In this document: piece by piece, positions 17,611-26,717 of the stretch
Layout: each line of letters starts with the position of its first letter
How positions within the stretch are numbered: position 1 is the first letter of the stretch
Source: a virus
Virus record (IMG/VR): IMGVR_UViG_3300018080_008188
Location: 32,001-96,000 of that record
Length of the DNA stretch: 64,000 nucleotides
Reading direction: 5' to 3' (one strand)
Position numbers and translations under genes: made by a program
The notes under the pieces: generated by a model
Told to the model about the DNA's origin: nothing
What the model saw: the letters and a program-made list of their open reading frames with translations, nothing else
The model's database searches: none

Positions 17611-18279
17611 ATGGTACATATGGTTGTCAGCGACACGCATATTGGAGACGACAGGGGGGACAGGAATCTTCCGTCGCTTTTTAAAGTGGTTGAAAAATAC
17701 GCTGTTCCAGATTCGCACCTTATTCTAAACGGTGACATATTCGATCTTGCCGCAAAAATGAGGCTAGACGAAAGACACAAAGAATTTATGGATGTTGCGC
17801 GCCGACACGGACGCATAACATACATTCAGGGAAACCATGATTGGATTATAAAATGTTTTGGCGATGTGCTTTCCAATGACATGAGATTCGCAAATGAACT
17901 GAAAATGGAGTCGGGCGGCACAAAATTCAGGATAATACATGGACACCAATATGATTTCGTCGCCAATCGGATGCCAAAGGCAAACAGGGCGGTCATAAAG
18001 ATAAACCACTGGGTTAGACGGTTCACAACTGTTGACTTACAACTCATCCTGAGAACCACAAAAATGGGCAAACGGCTGCTGGAAAAGCAGGAGAAGAGGC
18101 TGGCAAGGCGAGAAAAATGGGCGGATGTTATCGTAGCAGGGCATACGCACCGGCCAAAAGCCGAGCGAATTGGTGATAAAACATATGTAAATACTGGAGA
18201 TTGGGTAGAAAGAGACAACCGCGCATTTCTTTTGATAGAAGACGACGGAAGTTTCGAATTACACAGGCTGGATCGTTGA
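17611..18279 (+). CDS. Calcineurin-like metallophosphoesterase (LpxH-like)
   Basis: SDTH, GDIFD, GNHD, HGH, GHTH, NTGDW. Confidence 0.88.
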   Translation: MVHMVVSDTHIGDDRGDRNLPSLFKVVEKYAVPDSHLILNGDIFDLAAKMRLDERHKEFMDVARRHGRITYIQGNHDWIIKCFGDVLSNDMRFANELKMESGGTKFRIIHGHQYDFVANRMPKANRAVIKINHWVRRFTTVDLQLILRTTKMGKRLLEKQEKRLARREKWADVIVAGHTHRPKAERIGDKTYVNTGDWVERDNRAFLLIEDDGSFELHRLDR

Positions 18280-18291
18280 TGCTATAAAAAT

Positions 18292-18310
18292 CTATCAATA
18301 ACAGAGCATT
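18292..18310 (+). promoter_or_regulatory. Putative phage late promoter motif
   Basis: CTATCAATAA-CAGA-GCATT upstream of 18396. Confidence 0.7.
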
Positions 18311-18395
18311 GGAGATAAAGGGACTTGTTTGCTCCCTTGCCCGCCGTTGGCGGGCGGTTATGTTCAAGTCATGTTTGTGTTAGAGGAAAAATCAG

Positions 18396-18815
18396 ATGCC
18401 AAGAACCCGCACCAGGGGCACGTACATATGTGACGGCTCCGTGACGACCGACAAGGTCGCAAATGGTGCGATAACGACAGTCAAGTTGGGAAACGGCAGT
18501 GTTACGGAGGAAAAACTTTCCGCCGACCTGCGCGAGCGCATTCTTGCATCTGCGAGACCGGCAGCGCGCGAAAGGTTCGAGGCCGAAATTCCTGCTGACA
18601 CTGATGTAGCAATACCGGGCGGTTTTTCATGGAGCAATACCCAGGATTTTGCGACACGCTTCGTGATAACGCTGAACGGACAGACGCTTGGGAACGGAGA
18701 GACAAAGCCGTCCGGTAGAGAGTGGACAGACGTATATCCCGGCAGCTCAAACACTACAATGCGATTTCCCTTCGATTTGGAAAGGGGAAGCAAGATTTTG
18801 GTGGTCCGCCTATGA
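18396..18815 (+). CDS. Putative virion fibre-like protein
   Basis: 10-aa repeats GSVTTDKVAN/GAITTVKLGN/GSVTEEKLSA as found in phage fibres. Confidence 0.6.
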   Translation: MPRTRTRGTYICDGSVTTDKVANGAITTVKLGNGSVTEEKLSADLRERILASARPAARERFEAEIPADTDVAIPGGFSWSNTQDFATRFVITLNGQTLGNGETKPSGREWTDVYPGSSNTTMRFPFDLERGSKILVVRL

Positions 18816-19042
18816 CCGACAGCAAGTACACATACAGCACAAGCGACATAGCACTTGCGGCTTATCTCAAGCTCAAAGGGATGCTGCTGGTGGACTGCGG
18901 TCGTGACGGGCAGAAATTCAGATTCACATTTGAAGATCCGGAAGACGAGGGCGGTGCGCTGGCAATAGAATTCAGCAATTCGGAGTGTAGGCGGTACGAT
19001 GATGAGATTCGCTCGCTGAAAAAAATCCTATACAGCGGATAG
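18812..19042 (+). CDS. DUF5659-like small protein
   Basis: YSTSDIALAAYLKLKG...FRFTF; ATGA overlap. Confidence 0.6.
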   Translation: MTDSKYTYSTSDIALAAYLKLKGMLLVDCGRDGQKFRFTFEDPEDEGGALAIEFSNSECRRYDDEIRSLKKILYSG

Positions 19043-19102
19043 CGGATCGTTAAAGACAAGGGGAAGGGAAAAATACACCAGTAACTGGGGGTTACGTAAA
19101 AG

Positions 19103-20812
19103 ATGGTTTTCCGTAGCAGAATCAGAGCATCGCAGCTCGACAGCGACGACACATTCGAATTTGCAGAAGTCGTAATCGACGGGTATTCCGGAAACGAACT
19201 CGACGAGGGTTTGAAAACCGGTCTTATCTTCAAAAACGGACACGGCGGCAGCAACACACTGCAAATTCATGCCGACGACGGGGAGATCAACCAGATAGGA
19301 TCGGGTCAGGTCACATTCAACGGAAATGTTGACATGAACAACGGTCTGGACGTCCTTGGCGGAAACGCCTTTGTGGCCAACGATCTGACAGTAAATGGAG
19401 ACCTTACTGTCAATGGCACTGAAACGGTCCTTAATATCGAAAGCCTGATTATAGAAGATCCGGTTGAGGTTTTCAACGCCACCGGGACCGAAGCGCTGAC
19501 CGACTGGACGGGATTTTCAGCCAGGGATGGCGACGGATACAACCGCATCGGCTGGGTTTTCGACGGATATTGGGGTCTGTCGACTTCCGCAACAGCGGAC
19601 GCCGACGATGTGCCGGACAGGGCAATAGCCTACATGGGAACCGGTGTTACTGATGGAGACCTTTCGGCTGACGAAGCTGCCAGCCGCATAGGTGTTTTGG
19701 AGCAGAACGGCGTAACCGGAGCGGACATCCAGGAGGCTCTTGAAAACCTTGCCAGCGGAACCACTGATTCCACAGGAACCAACAACCTGACCTGGCATGT
19801 AAATCAGGATGCCGACGCTACCGACGAAGATCCGTGTCTCATCATGAGCGGCGGCGACGGCGCAAGCGTGATCGACGGCTATCTGTGCTTGATAACCGAT
19901 TCCGTTTCAGGCGATCGCTGGGAGTTCAAGACATACGAGGGCGGAAGTCTGACCGACGGCGATGTGCACATCAATCCGAGCGGAACCACGGATGCCATCG
20001 ATGCCACGATGACATTCAACGCCGGCAATGGCGCTGACGCATACCAGGCAAGCGTTTCCTTGGACGGATATTCCGGCACCTTGTCCTACACGGCCAGCGA
20101 GCACGAGTTCAGCGGGGATGTGAACATGCTGAACGACCTGGATGTTGACGGAAGCGCAAATGTCGATGTAGATCTTAGCGTCGGGGGAGATGCCGACATT
20201 ACCGGAGGCCTTACGGTAGGCCTGGATGCCGACATTACCGGAAGTCTGACTGTCGACGGATACGCAACCCTAGGCGACAGCGCCGACGACCATGTTGTGG
20301 TCACAGGTACGCTCTACAGCGATTTGATGCCGGACGACGCGGCATATCAGCTTGGCGATACGGACAGCAGGTGGCTCGACGGTTACTTCGACATGTTCAC
20401 TCCGACAGCCTACACGCCGGTCGGAGACGACGACAGTCTGCAGGGGCACTTGAAAGGCATCGATAACAAACTGGACACCCTCGATGGTCAGACGGACTTT
20501 CCCTTGGCAATATATGAGGTGACGAACGCAGAGGCAGGCGCCGACGAAGTTGATACCACCAGGGCTGTCGATCAGGGAGACCAGCTGTCGACAATCGGAA
20601 GCCTTACGGACGAGGAGTTTCGCGACAGGGTCAGGATTTATCTGAACGGCAAGCTCCTGTACAACGACACGGACGACAGAGCCAACAGCGCCGCAGTGGA
20701 TGCTGCTGACAGGGATGTTGCCAGAAAGACTGGAACGCTCGACACGCTCGTGTTTGGCGGCGACGTCAAAAAGAACGCGGTGCTTCATGTCGAGCTTCTG
20801 AAGGTTCCGTAA
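19103..20812 (+). CDS. Acidic fibre-like virion protein with beta-helix repeats
   Basis: 569 aa; DLTVNGDLTVNGT and GDADITGGLTV repeats; 7 DGY motifs. Confidence 0.7.
   Translation: MVFRSRIRASQLDSDDTFEFAEVVIDGYSGNELDEGLKTGLIFKNGHGGSNTLQIHADDGEINQIGSGQVTFNGNVDMNNGLDVLGGNAFVANDLTVNGDLTVNGTETVLNIESLIIEDPVEVFNATGTEALTDWTGFSARDGDGYNRIGWVFDGYWGLSTSATADADDVPDRAIAYMGTGVTDGDLSADEAASRIGVLEQNGVTGADIQEALENLASGTTDSTGTNNLTWHVNQDADATDEDPCLIMSGGDGASVIDGYLCLITDSVSGDRWEFKTYEGGSLTDGDVHINPSGTTDAIDATMTFNAGNGADAYQASVSLDGYSGTLSYTASEHEFSGDVNMLNDLDVDGSANVDVDLSVGGDADITGGLTVGLDADITGSLTVDGYATLGDSADDHVVVTGTLYSDLMPDDAAYQLGDTDSRWLDGYFDMFTPTAYTPVGDDDSLQGHLKGIDNKLDTLDGQTDFPLAIYEVTNAEAGADEVDTTRAVDQGDQLSTIGSLTDEEFRDRVRIYLNGKLLYNDTDDRANSAAVDAADRDVARKTGTLDTLVFGGDVKKNAVLHVELLKVP
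20189..20242 (+). repeat. 18-nt direct repeat at 36-nt period within fibre gene
   Basis: GATGCCGACATTACCGGA at 20189 and 20225 (DADITG). Confidence 0.8.
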
Positions 20813-20831
20813 GCCAAGAATATAGGCAAAC

Positions 20832-20861
20832 AAGGGCGGCGGGCTTCCGCCGCTCTTTTTT
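20832..20861 (+). terminator. Rho-independent terminator
   Basis: GGGCGGCGG-GCTT-CCGCCGCTC-TTTTTT. Confidence 0.8.
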
Positions 20862-20880
20862 GAAGAAAGGTTGAAAGACA

Positions 20881-21300
20881 ATGGAGAAGGTATCAGAAGG
20901 CGCTAATTTGCCGAAACAGAAAGTTGACATCAATGCGGTTCTCCTGAAGCAGGTTCAGCAGCTACAGCAACTTTTGATGGTTCAGGAGCATGCTGACCAG
21001 CAGGAAAAACGCACCAACTACGACAGCAAAGGCATCCAGGACCTTCGCATGATGGCAGACCTTTTGGAAGATGTTCAAGACCAGATAGAGCCGATTCGCG
21101 ACAGGGCTCTTGACGAGAAAGCTCGTCTCACCGGTTTTGCCCAGTGCGCCGAAACATGCTGTAAGATATTGGCGAACAAGTCGGCCGGCATTCGCAAGCG
21201 CGCAATTGACATGGCCAAGGAGGCATGCTCTCCAAGCATGAGCCAGGACAAAGGCGGCAAGCAGAGAAAAAGATTTTCTGCATACAAGAAGGAGGGCTGA
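20881..21300 (+). CDS. Hypothetical coiled-coil protein
   Basis: 139 aa, helical, AAAGG upstream. Confidence 0.65.
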   Translation: MEKVSEGANLPKQKVDINAVLLKQVQQLQQLLMVQEHADQQEKRTNYDSKGIQDLRMMADLLEDVQDQIEPIRDRALDEKARLTGFAQCAETCCKILANKSAGIRKRAIDMAKEACSPSMSQDKGGKQRKRFSAYKKEG

Positions 21301-21304
21301 TCGA

Positions 21305-21598
21305 TTGGTTACGATCAATCTCAGGACCGGAGGAGGCGCTCTCGAGCACATACATGAGAACGAAGACCTCAGTTCCCAGATCGACGGATACAACTCAGTG
21401 TTCACAACCAGTTTCGAGTACAAACCTGGTTCGCTCATTGTCCGCGTCGACGGACTTACCTTTAGAAGCGGCGAAGACGACGATTTTACGGAAACTGGGG
21501 CAAAGGAGTTCACATGGAACGACAGCCCTGTTCCTGGAGAGGGTCCTGGAGACTGCGAGGCGACCATGTTCGTATCATACCTGAGAAAGGTTCCATGA
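21305..21598 (+). CDS. Small Ig-like virion protein
   Basis: TTG start after AGGAGG; IDGYNSVFTT...Y.PGSL.V.VDGL...DF.E motif. Confidence 0.65.
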   Translation: MVTINLRTGGGALEHIHENEDLSSQIDGYNSVFTTSFEYKPGSLIVRVDGLTFRSGEDDDFTETGAKEFTWNDSPVPGEGPGDCEATMFVSYLRKVP

Positions 21599-21606
21599 GG
21601 TGATGA

Positions 21607-21918
21607 ATGGGAATAGGACCTTTTCGCGCAGGAAAAACAGCTCGCCTCCCCTTGGCAGTCACGCTTGACGGCGAAACGATCGCCGTCGGCAACCCACGCG
21701 TTCACAGACTGATAGGACCGGATCAGAACGATGTACAGGGTTTTCCGCAGGCGATGCAGACCGCCAGCACTGGCATATACTACTATGAGATACAGCTTTT
21801 TCAGACCGGCAACTACACGGCAATATTCAGAGCGGAACTGGGCGGATCTACCCTTGAGGACATAGAGCCGTTCGTTGTGGAACCGCCTGACGGATTTCCA
21901 AGAATAGAGTGCGCATAG
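21607..21918 (+). CDS. Small Ig-like virion protein
   Basis: GAGGTG RBS; TGIYYY...GNYTA beta-sandwich pattern. Confidence 0.65.
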   Translation: MGIGPFRAGKTARLPLAVTLDGETIAVGNPRVHRLIGPDQNDVQGFPQAMQTASTGIYYYEIQLFQTGNYTAIFRAELGGSTLEDIEPFVVEPPDGFPRIECA

Positions 21919-21931
21919 GAGGTGCCTTGCC

Positions 21932-22819
21932 ATGACAACCAGCCGCAAGGTGATAGTCGGACAGACCATCAACCTGGACATCAAGGTGTACAACGCCCTG
22001 AATCAGCTGGTTGACTCAGACAGCACGCCGTATGTTGAGGTCAAGGATGCCAGCGCGAATGTGTACCGCGCATCGTCGCCTTCAGGCGTGGTAAGGCTTG
22101 ACACCGGAAGATACCGCATCGCCTTCACTGTTCCGGCTTCTGCGGAAAGCGGAATCTGGAGCGACACTTGGCGCACGATGGTTGACGGCAATCTCATTAC
22201 GGACACGTTCAACTTCATAGTCCTTACATCAAGCGCTTCCATGGATGTGGATGGCAGGCAGATAGGCGACGACCCTGAGGTTTCCTTTTCGCAGGATGAA
22301 ATCTACGGCATCAACATACTCATGGAGCAGCTGCGGTGCCGCCTCAAGGACCGCAAGAGCATCAAATCCGTTTCCAAGGACGGCTATGGAGCAAATGTGC
22401 TTGTCGAATGCCCCATTTTCTCGGACGAGGAGCTGCTCTGCTTCATCAAAGCCAGCCTTAGCGAATTCAACCAGGTTCCACATTTTACCAGCTTCACTTT
22501 TGCCGACCCGATGATTTACGAGAGATACGCGCATGTAATTACCGAAGGTGCTTTTATACTGGCGATGGCTGCGCAGATGCTTGTGGAAGCTGGCAGGGAA
22601 TATACGCTGTCGGACAACGGCATCAGCAACCAGCCGCCTCCGCTGTCCACGGCAATGAACAACAACCTGAGCGCTTTCTTGAGCAGGCATACGGACATGC
22701 TCAAGTTCATCAAGTGCAGCTTGAAGCCAGCGCCGATGGGAACTGGAACCTTCAGAGTACTGGCAGTCAGCCCCGCATTTCTGAGGCTTAGACACCTGAG
22801 ACAGCGGCAAATAATTTAA
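21932..22819 (+). CDS. Putative neck/head-tail adaptor protein
   Basis: AGGAGGT RBS; N-terminal Ig-like part, C-terminal helical FSDEEL...SLSEFN.VP domain; position between head and tail modules. Confidence 0.55.
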   Translation: MTTSRKVIVGQTINLDIKVYNALNQLVDSDSTPYVEVKDASANVYRASSPSGVVRLDTGRYRIAFTVPASAESGIWSDTWRTMVDGNLITDTFNFIVLTSSASMDVDGRQIGDDPEVSFSQDEIYGINILMEQLRCRLKDRKSIKSVSKDGYGANVLVECPIFSDEELLCFIKASLSEFNQVPHFTSFTFADPMIYERYAHVITEGAFILAMAAQMLVEAGREYTLSDNGISNQPPPLSTAMNNNLSAFLSRHTDMLKFIKCSLKPAPMGTGTFRVLAVSPAFLRLRHLRQRQII

Positions 22820-22824
22820 AGAAA

Positions 22825-23970
22825 ATGAAATGTCCGGTCTGCGGCAAATCGTGCCATGGAAAAGTCGGTATCAGCAGCCATGTCTTCAAGACGAAAGATG
22901 AAGCGCATTTGGAATTTGTGCGCAGGCAGAATGTGCTGGTTGACGGGGCTTTCTTCAGAAACATCTCTTGCGGAGATTTGGCGGGCAGCAGGGAATGCCA
23001 TGTGTCTGTGGCATACATATGCGAAAGATGGCAAAAAATTCCCGGATACAAGGAAAGAAAATCGCGCATGAACTCAAGCCGCATGCTTGGCGAGTGGAAA
23101 AAAGGTCAAAGAAAGGTGCCGCCATCTTTCACAAACAAAGGCGCAGAATACGATCTGGGAAAGAAAACGACGATCTCGCAAAAGCAGCATGACAAAATCG
23201 TGTCGCTGTTTGAATCCGACAAAAGCATTGCCGGCATAGCCAAAGAGGTCTCATGCGACCGCAAAACAGTGAGAAGCGTTTTCCTGCGCGAATTCGGCAG
23301 CCAAAAAACCAAAAGCCGTGGAAAAAAAATGGCATCCGCCACATGTTTGCGCACTGTAGCCGGAAAAAACAAGGTGCCCGCCGATTCGGGTCTTGGAAAA
23401 GCGATAGTTGATTCTTTCTGCGGAAACGAGGGCATTAGGTCGGTGGCAAAGAGGCTGGGAACAGGAACGGGAGTGGTGGTTCGCATATGGAAGCATGCTT
23501 TTGGTGCGGACGGATATAAAAGACGCTGCGCAAGAATGCGCAAGATACAGCGCGAAAGGGCATCGAAGTCTCTCAGGGTTGCAAAATTTTTGGGCTCGAA
23601 AAACGAAAGGCTTTGTCATAGGGTATTGTCGGAAAAAATTCCAGGCACAAATGTAATACACCATGACTACAGCATAGTATGCGGTCTCGAAATAGACATT
23701 TCAATACCGGAGATGAAAGTGGCAATAAGCTGGGACGGTCCTGGGCACAGAAGACCTGTGTTTGGCCGCCGCGCATTCGGGCGGACTTTAAAGAATGACA
23801 GAAGGCGGGACCATGCTCTAAGGTCCATTGGATGGAGACATATTTCCATCATCGACGAGGGAAGACACAATCCGCCGTTTGTAAAGCATGCCGTTGACCT
23901 CATAATAGGCAAATTGGGCGGCAAATGGTCCGGAAAATGTGTGATAGACCCAAGGAAGGAAGAAGGATGA
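22825..23970 (+). CDS. Free-standing homing-type endonuclease (zinc finger + HTH + DUF559/Vsr-like)
   Basis: CPVC...H..H; HTH IAKEVSCDRKTV; EIDISIPEMKVAISWDGPGH...DRRRD..LRSIGW; Lys/Arg-rich. Confidence 0.75.
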   Translation: MKCPVCGKSCHGKVGISSHVFKTKDEAHLEFVRRQNVLVDGAFFRNISCGDLAGSRECHVSVAYICERWQKIPGYKERKSRMNSSRMLGEWKKGQRKVPPSFTNKGAEYDLGKKTTISQKQHDKIVSLFESDKSIAGIAKEVSCDRKTVRSVFLREFGSQKTKSRGKKMASATCLRTVAGKNKVPADSGLGKAIVDSFCGNEGIRSVAKRLGTGTGVVVRIWKHAFGADGYKRRCARMRKIQRERASKSLRVAKFLGSKNERLCHRVLSEKIPGTNVIHHDYSIVCGLEIDISIPEMKVAISWDGPGHRRPVFGRRAFGRTLKNDRRRDHALRSIGWRHISIIDEGRHNPPFVKHAVDLIIGKLGGKWSGKCVIDPRKEEG

Positions 23971-24293
23971 TTTTCAATTCCATGAACCTCCAGCAGAAAA
24001 TGCTGGTGTACACCGGATGCGCTGAGCTTAGAAGCCCTGGGGAGCTGCGAGCCGAGATAGCCGGTCTCAGAAGCCTTATTAAGGAGGCCGAGCTTCTCAT
24101 TAGCAAACATGAGCAGGCGCTTGTCATAGCCTATGAAGAAGCTGCCATGGCTGCTGTGCCGCACGGAAACGACAAGGAGGACGCTTCGGATGAGCGAGAA
24201 AACAAAGGGGAAACTGGAAAACAGGATAGTCAGGATTCTCAGAAAGACGCTGAAGAAGCATCCGATTGCCCACCGCTTGTGCGAAAAGTATGA
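23967..24293 (+). CDS. Hypothetical protein
   Basis: ATGA overlap with previous gene; 3' end overlaps next gene by about 100 nt. Confidence 0.4.
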   Translation: MIFNSMNLQQKMLVYTGCAELRSPGELRAEIAGLRSLIKEAELLISKHEQALVIAYEEAAMAAVPHGNDKEDASDERENKGETGKQDSQDSQKDAEEASDCPPLVRKV

Positions 24294-24660
24294 GGAGGAT
24301 ATCGGTCTCATAGACGATATTCCGATCAGGTTCGAGCCCATCGACGTGTCGGCAAAAACCGTCAACGGCGAGATCATCCTCAACTCCAAATTGCTTGAGG
24401 GCGAATTCAGGGACAATATGAGGTACCTGGTTCACGAATTCGTACATGCTCTGCAGCAGGAAAACGGACTGGTCGAAGAGAAGCCGGAAAGCGGCGAATA
24501 TCTTGACGATCCAAACGAGATAGAGGCGTTCCAGGCGCAGCTGGACTTCATGGACGGCTGCTACAGCGAGGAGGAAGTACAAGAGTATTTGGAGCAGCTG
24601 CTGGACCATCACAACATCAAGGGAAAAGAACGCAAGCGCAAAATCCAAGAGCTTGCGTAA
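24190..24660 (+). CDS. HExxH zinc-metallopeptidase-like protein
   Basis: AAGGAGG RBS before 24190; LVHEFVHALQ and downstream YLDDPNEIEAF. Confidence 0.7.
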   Translation: MSEKTKGKLENRIVRILRKTLKKHPIAHRLCEKYEEDIGLIDDIPIRFEPIDVSAKTVNGEIILNSKLLEGEFRDNMRYLVHEFVHALQQENGLVEEKPESGEYLDDPNEIEAFQAQLDFMDGCYSEEEVQEYLEQLLDHHNIKGKERKRKIQELA

Positions 24661-24661
24661 A

Positions 24662-24680
24662 CTACTAATAATTCCGCATT
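24662..24680 (+). promoter_or_regulatory. Putative phage late promoter motif
   Basis: CTACTAATAA-TTCC-GCATT upstream of 24704. Confidence 0.6.
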
Positions 24681-24703
24681 ATTTCTGATGCGGCAACGGA
24701 GCA

Positions 24704-26704
24704 ATGGCGCGATTCACAAAGTTTCTGCCGGAGCCGGGCAAGACGGGTGTCCAGAGGACAGCCGCAATCAGCTTCACGGTTCTTGACGATGCCTACGGAG
24801 CCCAGATTTCAACGCTGTCCGCATCCGTGGGTGGCGTCAGGGCGATCTCCGGCGGTTCGTTCGTCGGAGGGTTCTCTGGCCAGATAATAGCCGGGTCCGG
24901 CAAATGGGTGACCGCCATATATCCGCGGGCTCCTTCATTCCTGGCCAGGGCCTCGGAGATAGAGGTTGAAGCATCGGTCCGGAATTCGCTCGGCGAACTG
25001 GACTCGTACGGCTGGAGCTTTTTCACTGTCGGATATGTGGCTCCAGGCAGTCCGTCAGAAGATTCTCCCGCAGTTCCGCCAAACAGAGCGTGCCTGGTCG
25101 GCAAGCCGTTCTTTGTACACAACATGTCTGGTCTTGACGCCGCCCTAGATGCTGGCGTCGGAACAGAAGTGGACCTGCAGTGGCTACAGGCTTCGCCGTA
25201 TGACGAAAACAACGCGGTAGTATACAACATATACATGTCGACTTCGCTCGTAAGCGTGTTCGACAATCCTCCGCAGTTCATGTCAACGGCCCTGTCGGCC
25301 TCCATTGGAGGCCTCCATCCTGGAGACACGCACTTTTTTGCTGTGCGCGCTTCGGAGATGGATCCACAGGTTTCGAGCTTAAGGGGTCTGAAGCAGGCGG
25401 GGTCCAGCATGTTTCGCTATCCGTCCACCTTCCTGTCGTCTGCGGTGGGGGACGGATATCTGGAGATTCCCGTTGAATCTGTAGAGGGGTTCCCGGAGTT
25501 CGGAATAGCCGTTGTCGAGGACGAACTCATAAAATATTCGTCCCTGCGGCAGGTTCCTCCGGCCCTGATGCTCGCCGATGCCTACGGAAGAGGCTGCGCA
25601 GGGTCGCTGGCTGAAAGCCATTTGGCCGGGGTCGCAATCGGACTGTACTGGGGGAGGGAGGACGACAACACAGTCATATCCCAGGCGACTCCGACATTCC
25701 AGAAGCCAGAGGCGGCTCTGACATATGTGCTTCCAGATTGATACGGACAGGACGGATACAGGGACGGATACGACGGGTATTCCCCGCGCGACGGCTATGA
25801 CGGCTACCTGATGCATCGCCAGGTAAACCGTGACGACATAACGACGCCGGTGGAGAACAGCAACGACGGGTCTGGTAATTTCCCGTCTTTCGATCACTGC
25901 GGAAGCTACCGCCGGGAATCTCCGGCGGCTCTTTGGAAAGGACAGTGCGTGCCAAGCTATCTCGGAGGAATACAGTACAGAGACGGCGTGTTCGTGCGCG
26001 AGCAGAACATGCGGAGCCAAATGCTCCAGCGCGAAGAGCTGATGCTGGAGACGACTGGCGAGCCTTTCGTGCTGCTGCGAAGGAAATGGACCGGCATGCG
26101 CTGTCCATGCCATATGCAGAGAAGGGAGCACGCGGACAAGAGGTGCCCCAACTGCTATGGCACCGGATTTCAAAACGGATACGACCAGTTTGTAAATCCG
26201 CGGCGCCCGGACGGGCGCATATTGGCGCGGGTCAGTCCGGCGACGGAAGACCTCGTCATAGAGGACAAGGGCGGTCTTACGCCCCAGTACTCGCCGTCGG
26301 CATGGACGATGGCGTTCCCAGGCATAAAGGACCGGGATGCGCTTGTAAGGTTCAATGAGGACGGGACTGAAGAGTTCAGGTATATGATACTTAATGTTGA
26401 GCGCGTGAAGGAGTTTTTTGCGCAGTCGGGGGCGCAGAAGTTCAACATGCAGCGCTTCCACCGCACGGACATCATCTACCAGTATCCGGTACAGAGGGAC
26501 ATGTCGCCGTTCCCGTCGGCTGCCGAGACAGACCCGGCAAGCGCCCCGGGCATACCGAGCCATACGCATGTCCTGTACTTTCCGAACGGTATAGATGTCG
26601 GCAACCTGAACGGAGTGACTGCCGTCAACCACAATCACAGCCATGTGATAAGAAACGGCATGCTGCTTCCGGCTTTCGGGCATGTACACACTTTGACGAT
26701 TTAG
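24704..26704 (+). CDS. Putative neck/head-closure protein (Ig/FN3 domains + Cys motif), interrupted by in-frame TGA at 25739-25741
   Basis: ORFs 24704..25741 and 25811..26704 are in the same frame with only one stop; FN3-like YNIY..T...L.PG.T.FF.VRA; RCPC...CPNCYGTGF motif as in myovirus neck proteins; His-rich C-terminus. Confidence 0.7.
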
Positions 26705-26717
26705 GAGAACCTCCGCA

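Noticed and set aside
25739-25741. Genome-wide TGA=Gly recoding (code 25) or selenocysteine
   Set aside because: Many genes end in TGA with ATGA start overlaps (2692, 11144, 11884, 18812, 48410), and I found only this one in-frame TGA; context is a Gly position, not Cys
25742-25807. GACGGATAC-like short repeats as CRISPR or DNA-level repeat
   Set aside because: 9-12 nt units with synonymous third-position variation and no spacers; encodes DGY
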